Virus record (IMG/VR): IMGVR_UViG_3300012683_000001
Coordinates: 1,406 to 65,405 of that record
Length of the DNA: 64,000 bases
From: a virus
Direction: 5' to 3' (one strand)
This document shows, in pieces, positions 39,651 to 48,642 of this stretch. Below the pieces are notes generated by a model, which was not told the origin of the DNA, ran no database searches, and was given only the letters and a program-made list of their open reading frames with translations. The stretch's first letter is position 1. Each line of letters opens with the position of its first letter. A program made the translations under genes and the position numbers.

Positions 39651-40900
39651 TGTCGCTTACTCCTGAAGTTCACCTTCTTCCCCATCGGTGGATTAAAACT
39701 TTCATTCTGTGTCACCAGCCATAGTGTAGGAACTCGGATGGCCCATTGCACATCACTTTCCACATATCCATCGGTAAAGACCACGACACAATCCGCGTCG
39801 ATCTTCCGCTTAGACAAGTATTGGCTGACGCTACTCACACACGTCCCACCACCGCCTTTTGGTTTCAGCAAAGTTCTGATGTTCGCAAAGCTCGCTTCTT
39901 CAAAGACTTGCTCGCCATGAACCTTAGTGTCCCACCACAACACTCTCACTCGATCCGGCTTGCTGAGTTCACAGATGCCCGCGATTTCGCCAGCAAATTC
40001 ATCCAACTGTTCCTGTCCAATAGACCCTGATGTATCGATGGCAATGATGACCTCACCTATTTTTTCGTTCTCCGTTGAAGGCAGGTAGTAATCATCCACC
40101 AGCCTTCGCTTGTTATATTTCTTATAGGTGTACTCGTCCGTGCCTTTGGTCGTTGTCGTTACAAAATCCCGCGTCTCATCTGCCCAATCAACCTCCGGCT
40201 CCATCGCATCCCGCAGTGCCCGTGGGATTTCCATGCCCATCCGGCCCGCGAGTAATCCACCTTGCTGGATCGCTTCTGTAATCTTCGCCATAATTTCCTG
40301 AACCTGTTCGGGTGTCGCTCCAGAAAGCGTACTTCCATCGTGTTCATCGTGGCCCTCCAGTCCGTATTGCTTGTCTCCAATCTGTACTCCATCGATCTCT
40401 CGACCGCCCACTTTAATCTTGATCTTCTTCGGTTTCCCTTTTTGTGAGCCTTGATTGGTCTGCCCTTTCTTAAGAAAGTTATAGACCTCACGCACTGACC
40501 AATTCCTAAACTGTGAATCATGTAACCCATTGTCGGGAAGATTCACTAATTGAGCATCCTGCTCTTTAGTCAGTACGATCAAATCATTGACTACATAGTC
40601 CATGGCTGCATTGGCCAGTTGCTGATCTTCACGCATTAAATCCAGATGCCTTGGGATATGCTTTAAGAACACGTGAAGATTTTCATGCAATACCCCACCA
40701 CACATCTTGGGCATGTCCTGATCATCGACCCACTTCCTGCCGTAATGTTTGTTCACACCATCCGTACAGGCCGTCGGGAATTTCTCATCGATTGTACTTT
40801 CACCGAGCATCATGGCCCCAATGAATGGGGCCGTGAGCCTGTGTTTCATTAAGCGCACGTGGGCCTTCTTGAGTTTAAGTTCTGCTACTTCTTTGGACAT
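39647..40900 (-). CDS. vWA-domain protein with an N-terminal DUF2201-like putative metallopeptidase domain.
   Basis: MIDAS DxSxS (IIAIDTSGSIG) and N-terminal His-rich helices (ENLHVFLKHIPRH). Confidence 0.65.
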   Translation of the reverse strand: MSKEVAELKLKKAHVRLMKHRLTAPFIGAMMLGESTIDEKFPTACTDGVNKHYGRKWVDDQDMPKMCGGVLHENLHVFLKHIPRHLDLMREDQQLANAAMDYVVNDLIVLTKEQDAQLVNLPDNGLHDSQFRNWSVREVYNFLKKGQTNQGSQKGKPKKIKIKVGGREIDGVQIGDKQYGLEGHDEHDGSTLSGATPEQVQEIMAKITEAIQQGGLLAGRMGMEIPRALRDAMEPEVDWADETRDFVTTTTKGTDEYTYKKYNKRRLVDDYYLPSTENEKIGEVIIAIDTSGSIGQEQLDEFAGEIAGICELSKPDRVRVLWWDTKVHGEQVFEEASFANIRTLLKPKGGGGTCVSSVSQYLSKRKIDADCVVVFTDGYVESDVQWAIRVPTLWLVTQNESFNPPMGKKVNFRSKRH

Positions 40901-41153
40901 GTTTGGTTTCCTCTAATTTTTCAATTTCAAAAGTTCGCTGCATACACCTAGTATAACAAGTACACATAGAACCCTTATTAAGACTATCCCATAAACATTC
41001 TAATGCAATTACTATTACGTCTTTACTTGCAAGTTGATCACTCTGCTTTGAGTTGGCTGAGTATGTCATTGACTTGTCCATAGACGACATATTTACAGGC
41101 GTAATGTGATGCGATCCCTGCGAAGAATCCGAGTATGTTTCCGCCCATATCAT
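40875..41153 (-). CDS. Small protein, 'LWxxLN' family member.
   Basis: ALECLWDSLNKG. Confidence 0.3.
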   Translation of the reverse strand: MIWAETYSDSSQGSHHITPVNMSSMDKSMTYSANSKQSDQLASKDVIVIALECLWDSLNKGSMCTCYTRCMQRTFEIEKLEETKHVQRSSRT

Positions 41154-41265
41154 TGAGTTTAGAAGCAGCGTAGCCTAAGAAAAAGAATCCTATGAATGCC
41201 ATCGAGTACTTAAACTTGATGGGCTTTGCAATGATCTGCTTGATTGTAAAAGTTTTTTCAGCCAT
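41038..41265 (-). CDS. Small two-TM membrane protein.
   Basis: RBS GAGGAAAGCAAAC, then MAEKTFTIKQ... with two hydrophobic helices. Confidence 0.35.
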   Translation of the reverse strand: MAEKTFTIKQIIAKPIKFKYSMAFIGFFFLGYAASKLNDMGGNILGFFAGIASHYACKYVVYGQVNDILSQLKAE

Positions 41266-41440
41266 GTTTGCTTTCCTCATACTCGAATAACTTGATCCAC
41301 TTTAGATCACTGCTGAATATAGATAGTATTGTATTAGTCGCAAAACCACGAGTATTATTCTCATTAAGAATATGCCAGATAATATGCAATGTCGTCGTGA
41401 TTTCCCAATGTGCATGCTTGGCTTTATTAAAGTCAGCCAT
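41258..41440 (-). CDS. Small protein, family member and tandem duplicate.
   Basis: HAHWEITTTLHIIWHILNENN. C-terminal LFEYEESKHG is shared with 41437..41611. Confidence 0.45.
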   Translation of the reverse strand: MADFNKAKHAHWEITTTLHIIWHILNENNTRGFATNTILSIFSSDLKWIKLFEYEESKHG

Positions 41441-41611
41441 GTTTGCTTTCCTCATACTCGAATAACTCGATCCACTTTTCATCGTACTTAAATATCCCAG
41501 GCCAATTTCTGTCTCGTGTTTCACCATTATTAAGCTCTGCCCACAATAAACTGAGCGTCTGCTTAATTTCCCAATGAGCGTGTCTAATATCAGATTTAGG
41601 ATCGATACTCA
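41437..41611 (-). CDS. Small protein, family member and tandem duplicate.
   Basis: HAHWEIKQTLSLLWAELNNG. The ATGGCTGA overlap makes its stop coincide with the next gene's start. Confidence 0.45.
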
Positions 41612-41613
41612 TA

Positions 41614-41850
41614 TCAATGATAGAAACGCCTAGCTTTCATTCTTTCCCACTTCATATTTAACAGCTCATCTCTACGACCTCCGAATATACGAAAAGAATT
41701 ATACATATATGAGGCTGCTATTTCACAGTGATAGTAATAGTAATTACTCCGCTTTCGCCTGTCTTTTCTGTTCAACAATCGGCCTAGACTATTCAAGGTA
41801 GGTTCGACGTAATGTTTATAGATCAACCGCATTTTTACTTTCCAATTCAA
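41614..41850 (-). CDS. Small basic protein, possible family member.
   Basis: TLNSLGRLLNRK. Confidence 0.3.
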   Translation of the reverse strand: MNWKVKMRLIYKHYVEPTLNSLGRLLNRKDRRKRSNYYYYHCEIAASYMYNSFRIFGGRRDELLNMKWERMKARRFYH

Positions 41851-42037
41851 AAGTTCGGTTCATGAAATGATAAAATGATCGAGTCGATACAGGGACATGA
41901 TGATTCAAATAAAACCACAGATGACTCAATGCCCGTTCTCTAACCCACTGTTGGTAAACTTGACTGGTCGTTTCATGACCCCTTATAAAATCCGTAATTG
42001 GGTATGAAATTGTATGTCTCACTGTTTGGGATTCCAA
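41816..42037 (-). CDS. Small protein, family member.
   Basis: ALSHLWFYLNHH. Confidence 0.35.
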   Translation of the reverse strand: MESQTVRHTISYPITDFIRGHETTSQVYQQWVRERALSHLWFYLNHHVPVSTRSFYHFMNRTFELESKNAVDL

Positions 42038-42204
42038 AATGCTAAAGCTGTATCCTTCATACCATCTAAAACTTCAAGGCCATCGTGATCCCACTTGTAC
42101 CACTGCTGAGGATGATTGATTTGATCCTTTCTGTACTTCGTATTTAAAAATAACCACATAGCCCTCAAAGTCTTGGCTACAGTAGTTGTATAAACTCTTC
42201 TCAC
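42019..42204 (-). CDS. Small protein, family member.
   Basis: TLRAMWLFLNTKY. Confidence 0.35.
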   Translation of the reverse strand: MRRVYTTTVAKTLRAMWLFLNTKYRKDQINHPQQWYKWDHDGLEVLDGMKDTALAFWNPKQ

Positions 42205-42428
42205 TTTCTAATCTCAATTAAATCAGCCCACTGAAGATCAAATCTAAATATTCTTCCCCAACGCTCGTTGTCATAGCCCAAAGTCACTCCATTCAATTCT
42301 CTCGCCAAAAGCTCAAGCGTTTTCATGATCTCGATGCGGGCCTGTTCTTTATCCTGTTCCATAGTAAACTCTACACGTCCACGAGAACGACTCGGAATAC
42401 TAATCACGTCTATAACCTCATTACTCAT
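42201..42428 (-). CDS. Small protein, family member.
   Basis: TLELLARELNGV. Confidence 0.35.
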   Translation of the reverse strand: MSNEVIDVISIPSRSRGRVEFTMEQDKEQARIEIMKTLELLARELNGVTLGYDNERWGRIFRFDLQWADLIEIRK

Positions 42429-42609
42429 GTTCTAATCTGTCTCTTAATCTCTCGCTCAGTATCTCGCGCGTTTCCATCTGAGAAGAAACATAATCCATCC
42501 ATAGACGAGCATGATGAAAAAGAGGGTCTGGTTTATTTAACTGTGAACTTAAACGTATAAGACTGGTCTTGACTGCACTCATCAGACTAAGTGGGATTTC
42601 TTTATTCAC
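42421..42609 (-). CDS. Small protein, family member.
   Basis: SLIRLSSQLNK. Confidence 0.3.
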   Translation of the reverse strand: MNKEIPLSLMSAVKTSLIRLSSQLNKPDPLFHHARLWMDYVSSQMETREILSERLRDRLEHE

Positions 42610-42838
42610 GCTCTATTTCTTTCGATGCCATATATATCCAATACCCTAAAGTTTCACGGTAATAAGCGATATAGCCCATGCCATGTTCATCAGTTACACC
42701 ATTCAGATACATAAAAAGATACTTTAGACTTAGATCAGTAGGAGTAAATCCGTCGTGTACAGTTTTCATCCAACGAGGAACCATATCGATTATCCAACGA
42801 GAAATCATGTAAACAACGCAAAGTTCTTGATCATCCAA
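42602..42838 (-). CDS. Small protein, family member.
   Basis: SLKYLFMYLNGV. Confidence 0.3.
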   Translation of the reverse strand: MDDQELCVVYMISRWIIDMVPRWMKTVHDGFTPTDLSLKYLFMYLNGVTDEHGMGYIAYYRETLGYWIYMASKEIERE

Positions 42839-43926
42839 TCTGACAACATCTTATTACTCTTGGCCAGTCGTACCGTCTTTTTAGACTGGCACACACTGGC
42901 ATAGAAGATCGCCTGCATTTCAGAGTTCTTCATGCGAACCACAAACTTCATGAACTGAGATAAATCATCCTGCGTCTCAATCTCATCTATGGCGTTAAAC
43001 AAAATCATGAGAAGCGCGCCAATGTTGGTCGGCATGGCCACAGACTCTGGATTGGTCATGATCACACTCACGGGCACCAAGTCTTTCTCGATGAGAAAGA
43101 AACTCGCCATCGCTTCTGCTGCCGCTTGCCCTACTGTCCCGGCCATCGCTGCCCGCGTAACCAGTTCCCCTAGACCGTTCCTGTTACGCACGATCACATC
43201 GTTCTTGACCAATGAACGAGGACTGACAAAACTCAACACAGTCTTGGCCGGATTAAAGATGTACGGATTGTCTTTGAGTTCATCGTCCGTCAGTTCAGTG
43301 TAGCTATTCAAACATTTGGTATTCATAGCCACCCACGCTCTTGTGAGAGCCGATACCCCATTATCAGTAGCCCATACGTTCCACGACTTATGGTCGGGCT
43401 TGCGCATGTTGAGCAACATGACGCGATTGCCTGCATGAGCCAGCATGGTGTCACCTACACCATCAGTTGTATTGTTAGACGTTGCGAACACAATGGAATG
43501 ATCAGGCAATGGCACGTCACCAATAGTCCGCTCTAGCATCAGGCGAGTACCGATGATCTGAAGCATCTTCGGGCCTTTCATGAATTCATCCAGCATGATC
43601 ACTTTAGGCCGTGGATCATCAGTAGCGAATAGCCCAGACACATAACTGATCAGCTGTTTTGTTGCATGATCCGGTATGCGCATGACGATATCGGACAGGT
43701 CCAACACGGGCCAGTCCGCGTAGATGTAGACGTACTTGTCTTTAGCAAAGCGTTGCCCCGGCACTCGCCACTGATCCCCGTGCAGTTCTGCAATCATTCC
43801 CAACATGCTGGACTTGCCACAGCCCGGCTCACTCCTGATCACTGGAGTCAGCTGATCACCCACGGTCATGATCAACTTGACGCACTGATCAATCGAAATC
43901 TTTTCACTGAGATTCAACTTAGCCAT
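42805..43926 (-). CDS. MoxR-like AAA+ ATPase (AAA_5).
   Basis: Walker A EPGCGKSS, Walker B VIMLDEF, sensor FATSN. Start MAKLNLS with RBS AAAGGAAAC. Confidence 0.7.
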   Translation of the reverse strand: MAKLNLSEKISIDQCVKLIMTVGDQLTPVIRSEPGCGKSSMLGMIAELHGDQWRVPGQRFAKDKYVYIYADWPVLDLSDIVMRIPDHATKQLISYVSGLFATDDPRPKVIMLDEFMKGPKMLQIIGTRLMLERTIGDVPLPDHSIVFATSNNTTDGVGDTMLAHAGNRVMLLNMRKPDHKSWNVWATDNGVSALTRAWVAMNTKCLNSYTELTDDELKDNPYIFNPAKTVLSFVSPRSLVKNDVIVRNRNGLGELVTRAAMAGTVGQAAAEAMASFFLIEKDLVPVSVIMTNPESVAMPTNIGALLMILFNAIDEIETQDDLSQFMKFVVRMKNSEMQAIFYASVCQSKKTVRLAKSNKMLSDWMIKNFALFT

Positions 43927-43937
43927 GTTTGTTTCCT

Positions 43938-44162
43938 TTATAGGACGATTAAAACTCTCTTTACAATCCAACCCTCTTCTTTAAGATCCTCTACTGATCT
44001 ACTCCCACTCCATAAAGAGCTTGATGCTAGTGCATACAATTCTTCCGGTGGGGTGTCATAATTAGCTAATCGATAAGCAATGTTAGTACCATCATCTTTA
44101 GTCAAGATCGTACAGACATGGGCCACACCCAACATTTCATCAGGATAATCTGGTTTAGTCAT
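43938..44162 (-). CDS. Small protein, one of three tandem paralogs.
   Basis: C-terminal EEGWIVKRVLIVL. Confidence 0.4.
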   Translation of the reverse strand: MTKPDYPDEMLGVAHVCTILTKDDGTNIAYRLANYDTPPEELYALASSSLWSGSRSVEDLKEEGWIVKRVLIVL

Positions 44163-44356
44163 ACAATCACCATGACCCTACCTAAAGTATAGCCTTCTAT
44201 CTTCAATTTATTTCTTGATTCTAAACTACGCTCATCAAACATATGAACAGCATCTTCAGGTGTATGAAAAAGTTTCATTATAAAATGCCCTTGAGGATTC
44301 ACGTATGTCCACATGATATGAGCCCGACATATAGGCTCCGTTGCAGGGATATCCAT
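44159..44356 (-). CDS. Small protein, one of three tandem paralogs.
   Basis: C-terminal EGYTLGRVMVIV. Confidence 0.4.
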   Translation of the reverse strand: MDIPATEPICRAHIMWTYVNPQGHFIMKLFHTPEDAVHMFDERSLESRNKLKIEGYTLGRVMVIV

Positions 44357-44614
44357 TTAAATCACCAACAAAGCCCGTCTGATACGCCAACCATTTTTAA
44401 TCAACTCTTCTTTAGTAGTGCCGTATTCACTCTTAAAACTTTCCAGTACTTTCCACATGATTTCACCACCATGTTGCGTCCCCAATATCCGATAAATAAT
44501 GGCCGATGATTTATCTTCTTGATAGCCGCCCTTCTTCCACGCGATCCACACCACAAAGACCTCTCCTAACGGCGGACCTTCAATCGGTACACCGTGATCA
44601 ATCGGCTTGGTCAC
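44357..44614 (-). CDS. Small protein, one of three tandem paralogs.
   Basis: C-terminal KNGWRIRRALLVI. Confidence 0.4.
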   Translation of the reverse strand: MTKPIDHGVPIEGPPLGEVFVVWIAWKKGGYQEDKSSAIIYRILGTQHGGEIMWKVLESFKSEYGTTKEELIKNGWRIRRALLVI

Positions 44615-44616
44615 GA

Positions 44617-45519
44617 TTAAACCCCTTGAAATTTGCTTAGAATATCGTCCACTTCAGACTTGACTGACATCCTCATGTGATCACTTTCTCGTAACGCATC
44701 CAGACTTATACTCCGTAGAGTTTTGTCTAGCCTAGCGCGTGCATCCTCCAGTGATTGATTGGCTGTCACGTTGAATGACTTAAAAGAATCACACAACTCC
44801 AAGGCCCGCGTGATGGTGCTGTCATACAACTTGTGGCGTCGGGTTTTAATACTCCCATCAGCGGCTGTGACTTGCTCAACGTTACACGTGGAACTGATCG
44901 ACTGCATGACCTTGATCAGTTGTTCAGTCTGCTTAGTTAAAATCCCATTGACTATATTATTAGACTGCCGTTCATAATGATTATACAAATCATCTGCCAA
45001 GTCTTTACTCAGCTGAACACGAAAATCCCCCTCGGGCACTTCTGAAGTGTATAAATCCACACCAAACTTGTGGAAAAGCTCCTGCGGCGTGGGATAAAAC
45101 GCGGCATTAAACAGCGCACCCATCTTGAATGCAATGCCTGAAACAATGGTCGGGTATTCATCAATGAAGTCTGCCGCGAGCTTATTAAAATTCGTCTCAT
45201 GCTCGTTATATTCTTTCATGAACTGCGGATAATCAGCGACAGGCAGGATTTCCATGCCCGCTCTAAACGGATAGGTGCGCAGTTCCTTCCAGTTATAGAT
45301 CGTCTGTCGGTAATTCAGCACGGCTTTATGCCGGGCGTTCCCGGCCAGCAAGTGCTGTGTGATGCTCGCGGCCTCACGGTCCGCTTTTTTACCATCCGTG
45401 AATTCTTTAGAAGAATCTTTATCTTGCTTGGTGAGTGTACAGACCCGCACATCAATGTTTAGAAGGATACAAGAGGTCGCCAATGAAGTGATGTGTGCGG
45501 GCTTACTGAGCATGGTCAT
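44617..45519 (-). CDS. Hypothetical protein (300 aa), first gene of an operator-controlled unit.
   Basis: An operator lies 14 nt upstream and a promoter about 80 nt upstream. Confidence 0.45.
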   Translation of the reverse strand: MTMLSKPAHITSLATSCILLNIDVRVCTLTKQDKDSSKEFTDGKKADREAASITQHLLAGNARHKAVLNYRQTIYNWKELRTYPFRAGMEILPVADYPQFMKEYNEHETNFNKLAADFIDEYPTIVSGIAFKMGALFNAAFYPTPQELFHKFGVDLYTSEVPEGDFRVQLSKDLADDLYNHYERQSNNIVNGILTKQTEQLIKVMQSISSTCNVEQVTAADGSIKTRRHKLYDSTITRALELCDSFKSFNVTANQSLEDARARLDKTLRSISLDALRESDHMRMSVKSEVDDILSKFQGV

Positions 45520-45532
45520 ATGAACTTCCTTT

Positions 45533-45546
45533 CCATCACGTGATGG
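45533..45546. promoter_or_regulatory. Palindromic operator copy 3 (CCATCACGTGATGG).
   Basis: Perfect 14-mer directly 5' of RBS AAAGGAAG. Confidence 0.6.
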
Positions 45547-45602
45547 ATCGTTAATAACTGTATTGACTACAATGAGTTAGGAGACGAGGCTCTAGTGTAT
45601 AT

Positions 45603-45631
45603 AGTATAACGCAACTAGACAGCGGTGTCTA
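45603..45631 (-). promoter_or_regulatory. Sigma70-like promoter (-35 TAGACA, 17-bp spacer, -10 TATACT).
   Basis: Read on the - strand. Shares the 16-mer TGTATATAGTATAAC with the 49.42 kb promoter. Confidence 0.5.
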
Positions 45632-45658
45632 CAAATCATTTATTTAGAGTCATTCTAA

Positions 45659-45943
45659 TTAAATTTGGACAACCCGGCGATGCTGTTCACGCCGAGCCTT
45701 GATGAGTTCCTCGGCCCAATCCGGGTGCATCTCGATGTTGGTCAGCAGTTTGTTCACCGTCGCCAGTTCCTTATTAAGCCTCTCTATCTCATTGAGAGCA
45801 TCAGGCAAAGTGTAGTCCTCCACACTGATGATCAAAGAGCGAGACTCGTGGTCATCATTGTGATCATGAGGCACGATTAATGCTTTATCGCTCATATCTA
45901 TTTCCCCACTGATGCAATGAAGGTTGCGAGACTCTCTTGCCAC
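45659..45943 (-). CDS. Hypothetical protein.
   Basis: 94-aa ORF. Confidence 0.3.
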   Translation of the reverse strand: MARESRNLHCISGEIDMSDKALIVPHDHNDDHESRSLIISVEDYTLPDALNEIERLNKELATVNKLLTNIEMHPDWAEELIKARREQHRRVVQI

Positions 45944-46365
45944 TCTTCGCGTGGTGGGTTGAGTAACACCACCGTAAAGTCAAACATAGAGCCTGCCCGC
46001 TCATATGTTTTAAACTGCGCCCAGTTTAACCAATGGGCAATTTCTATCTCAGGGAGGTTCTCTTTGATCCACAGGCTTTGAGAGTCATTGGCGATCCATT
46101 GCTTGACGCTGTTATCGTAAAGCAAGACCAACTCTTCTTTGATCACAGAAGGTTTGGCGTATCGATTGACACCATACTTAGAATGATACGGGCCTATCAA
46201 CTGCACCCGATAGACAGAATAAAGATTACCCCGTAGTCCCTTGCTGCCATTCCATACCGCTTCCATGGTCGTGCCCTTGAAAGCAGCGAGGCGCTTGATG
46301 AATTTCTTAGCATGGGCTGGATTAAGTCTCATGTTGTTATCCTTTGGGCAGTTCGCGTCGAGCAA
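45898..46365 (-). CDS. Hypothetical protein.
   Basis: 155-aa ORF. Confidence 0.4.
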   Translation of the reverse strand: MLDANCPKDNNMRLNPAHAKKFIKRLAAFKGTTMEAVWNGSKGLRGNLYSVYRVQLIGPYHSKYGVNRYAKPSVIKEELVLLYDNSVKQWIANDSQSLWIKENLPEIEIAHWLNWAQFKTYERAGSMFDFTVVLLNPPREEWQESLATFIASVGK

Positions 46366-46582
46366 ATTCTACTAGACCACACCACATACACTTTCGAGAT
46401 TGAACCAAATAAGGATTACCCAAGATTGATTTGTCTGTTTTAGATTGAAGATAGTGATCATAGTTGGTGTGCCTGATTCCTTCTTGCACGTTTTCCCATT
46501 TAAACCAGCTGTGACCGAAGAAATTATTATGGCAACCGAAGGCCATGATTATTTCTTCCATTCCCTCAAAGTAATCACACAC
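46337..46582 (-). CDS. Hypothetical Cys/His-rich small protein.
   Basis: 81-aa ORF. Confidence 0.3.
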   Translation of the reverse strand: MCDYFEGMEEIIMAFGCHNNFFGHSWFKWENVQEGIRHTNYDHYLQSKTDKSILGNPYLVQSRKCMWCGLVEFARRELPKG

Positions 46583-46752
46583 TCCCCTATTCCAAATAAT
46601 ACAAGCAAAGCACCAACAATTGTAAATACAATATCTATTGCGATATTGAAGTTAAGTGTGAATAGGTTAATCAATACAAGTGCTGATCCTATTATTCCTA
46701 TAGCTATCAATACTACAGAAAGTCCCACAAGGATTCGTCTGATGATATACAT
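46549..46752 (-). CDS. Small two-TM membrane protein.
   Basis: Strongly hydrophobic 67 aa. Confidence 0.35.
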   Translation of the reverse strand: MYIIRRILVGLSVVLIAIGIIGSALVLINLFTLNFNIAIDIVFTIVGALLVLFGIGECVITLREWKK

Positions 46753-46755
46753 GAG

Positions 46756-46977
46756 CTAGTCCTTCTTGATCTGATACGCCGCAAACTGTTCTGTGAAGAA
46801 GTTCCGTATCGCTACCCTCACTTTAAAAGCATGCTGCATGGTGTAGAAGTCCCGCCGTGCCGACTTGGTTGTCGCTGTGTCCTGACTCTTTAAGTGAGAC
46901 TGACCGAGCGGGCCTTGCAGGTGAGAGGCCCACTGATCGCCGTGCTTACGCACGGCTTTTGCGATTTCATTAGACAT
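46756..46977 (-). CDS. Hypothetical small protein.
   Basis: 73-aa ORF. Confidence 0.3.
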   Translation of the reverse strand: MSNEIAKAVRKHGDQWASHLQGPLGQSHLKSQDTATTKSARRDFYTMQHAFKVRVAIRNFFTEQFAAYQIKKD

Positions 46978-47561
46978 TGACCTTCTCCAACGCAGCGACC
47001 CGTGCCTGCTCTTCTAACACGGCCTTCTCACGGCTCTCAGGAAATCCTTTCTTCAGTGCATGCTCGACTGAACGCTTGGTGCGGGCCAGCTTCTGCCCCT
47101 CGTCATAGGCTTTGACCAACTCATCCTTGGTCGGCTTCTTGGCTGGTGCAGCGGGCTTGATCAGTAGTTTCTTGAGGCCCGGATCGACCATATCGTCCCC
47201 CCCGTACAGCCATATCGTCCTCACTCTTGGGCGCACGACCTGTGGCTTTGGGCAAGTCCGCTTCAGTCAGGATGAGTTTCTGCTCATTACGCTTGAAGTA
47301 GTCCCGGTACCGACTGTCCTTGTTCAGTTCCTCGCGCTTGGCATTGACTTGCGTGAGGTCCACCACATGCTCCTCCGGATGCCACGCCCGGAGGTTCCGG
47401 ATGGTATTGGCAATGTCCTGCGGATTGTACGCATCACAGTGATAGGCTTCCTGAAATCTCAACGTCCCCGGCTCCCGCATGATGATCACGGATTTATTCT
47501 TGTCATGCCGTGCTGCGTAATGGAGGTATTCTTTCATCTCTCTCTGACTGTGATAGCACAT
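46970..47561 (-). pseudogene. Gene split by a frameshift at a G7 homopolymer (C-run at 47197-47203 on the + strand). The two ORFs are 47121..47561 and 46970..47236.
   Basis: The two overlapping ORFs would fuse if one G were removed. The downstream ORF begins with GTG only 30 nt before the tract. GACGATATGG is repeated either side of the tract. Confidence 0.45.
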
Positions 47562-47569
47562 GTTCTATT

Positions 47570-47942
47570 TCCTATTAACGATGTGGATAAGTTGGACTGT
47601 GGCATGGGCAGAATGCCAAAGGATATTGCCCCAATAAACCAACACGACAAGAATGAAAGCAACCCAGATGATCTTCTTAGTCACGGTTAAATCTCTCCTC
47701 AATCCACTTGTAAGCAATGGCGAGGAGCATCAGTGGCAGCAGCAAATACCAGAGCCACCTTGCACCATCGGGTTCATTGTTCATGTTTTGTCCTTTTGTT
47801 TGCGTAATGTAATCTGTAGTTTCCTTCTCTCCCATACCCGCTGTTCCCAGTAGTCCTGCCAGCCCAATATAAGAAGGAGGATTTGCAGGCTGATTAGAAC
47901 TACGGCGAGTACCTGCAAAGCAATGATGAGTAGTTTAATCAT
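47570..47942 (-). CDS. Cluster of three tiny hydrophobic peptides (about 35-53 aa each), all below the ORF-track size cutoff.
   Basis: MIKLLIIALQVLAVVLISLQILLLILGW... and MNNEPDGARWLWYLLLPLMLLAIAYKW..., with coupled stops and starts. Confidence 0.3.
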
Positions 47943-48312
47943 CAATGGATCACCCCTGTGACCAATAAAATAGGCACGGTATCCTCAGCCGTGGTGCTCA
48001 TGTCGATCTCTGTATTGACCAGCGTGAGCATCTGCTCCATGGCTTTGGCAATCTCGTAGTCTTTTAGTGCGCCCTCTCTGATGAGCTTGATCTCATAGTC
48101 ACGCAAAGCGTGCCCGATGGTGCGCAGTTCAGTCATGGCGTCGGCCTGTGAGATAATCCAACTCAGCGTCCATCCCGGCATTGTCGTCCGGACAATGAAT
48201 CGGAATGTGCAGTGCCGTGATGACACCGGCTTTATCAAGATCCTCCATGAGTTCCTCAAATGTGGGTCGTGAAAGCTCAAGAGAGCTGAGACTCATGAAC
48301 TCATCGAGTTTG

Positions 48313-48642
48313 TTAAATGTTCTCTTTTGCTTTGGTGATTGCTGGCTCATGTGAACTCCAGATGGTGAGTGCTTTGCCGTCGGTGTCGTAAGCGTGGGTA
48401 AAATCTTCTTGAAGATTGTATCTCCGTAGCGCTTCTGTGAATGCCGGGTCTGTTGCAAAAGTTTTTCCTGATTTATAGATCACTTCTTTTTCAATGTCGA
48501 TGACCACATGAATGCCTGAGATATCTGCACCGACGACCACGCCTCGTAGTTTATGTTTACCGGATAATATAATGATTTCACCGACCCTGAAAATAAGATC
48601 AGGTTTATCAGGAGTATCCCACTCTGGATTAAATTCTGTCAC
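48313..48642 (-). CDS. Small beta-rich protein, paralog pair member.
   Basis: RVGEIIILSGKHKLRGVVVGADISGIHVVIDIE. Confidence 0.4.
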   Translation of the reverse strand: MTEFNPEWDTPDKPDLIFRVGEIIILSGKHKLRGVVVGADISGIHVVIDIEKEVIYKSGKTFATDPAFTEALRRYNLQEDFTHAYDTDGKALTIWSSHEPAITKAKENI

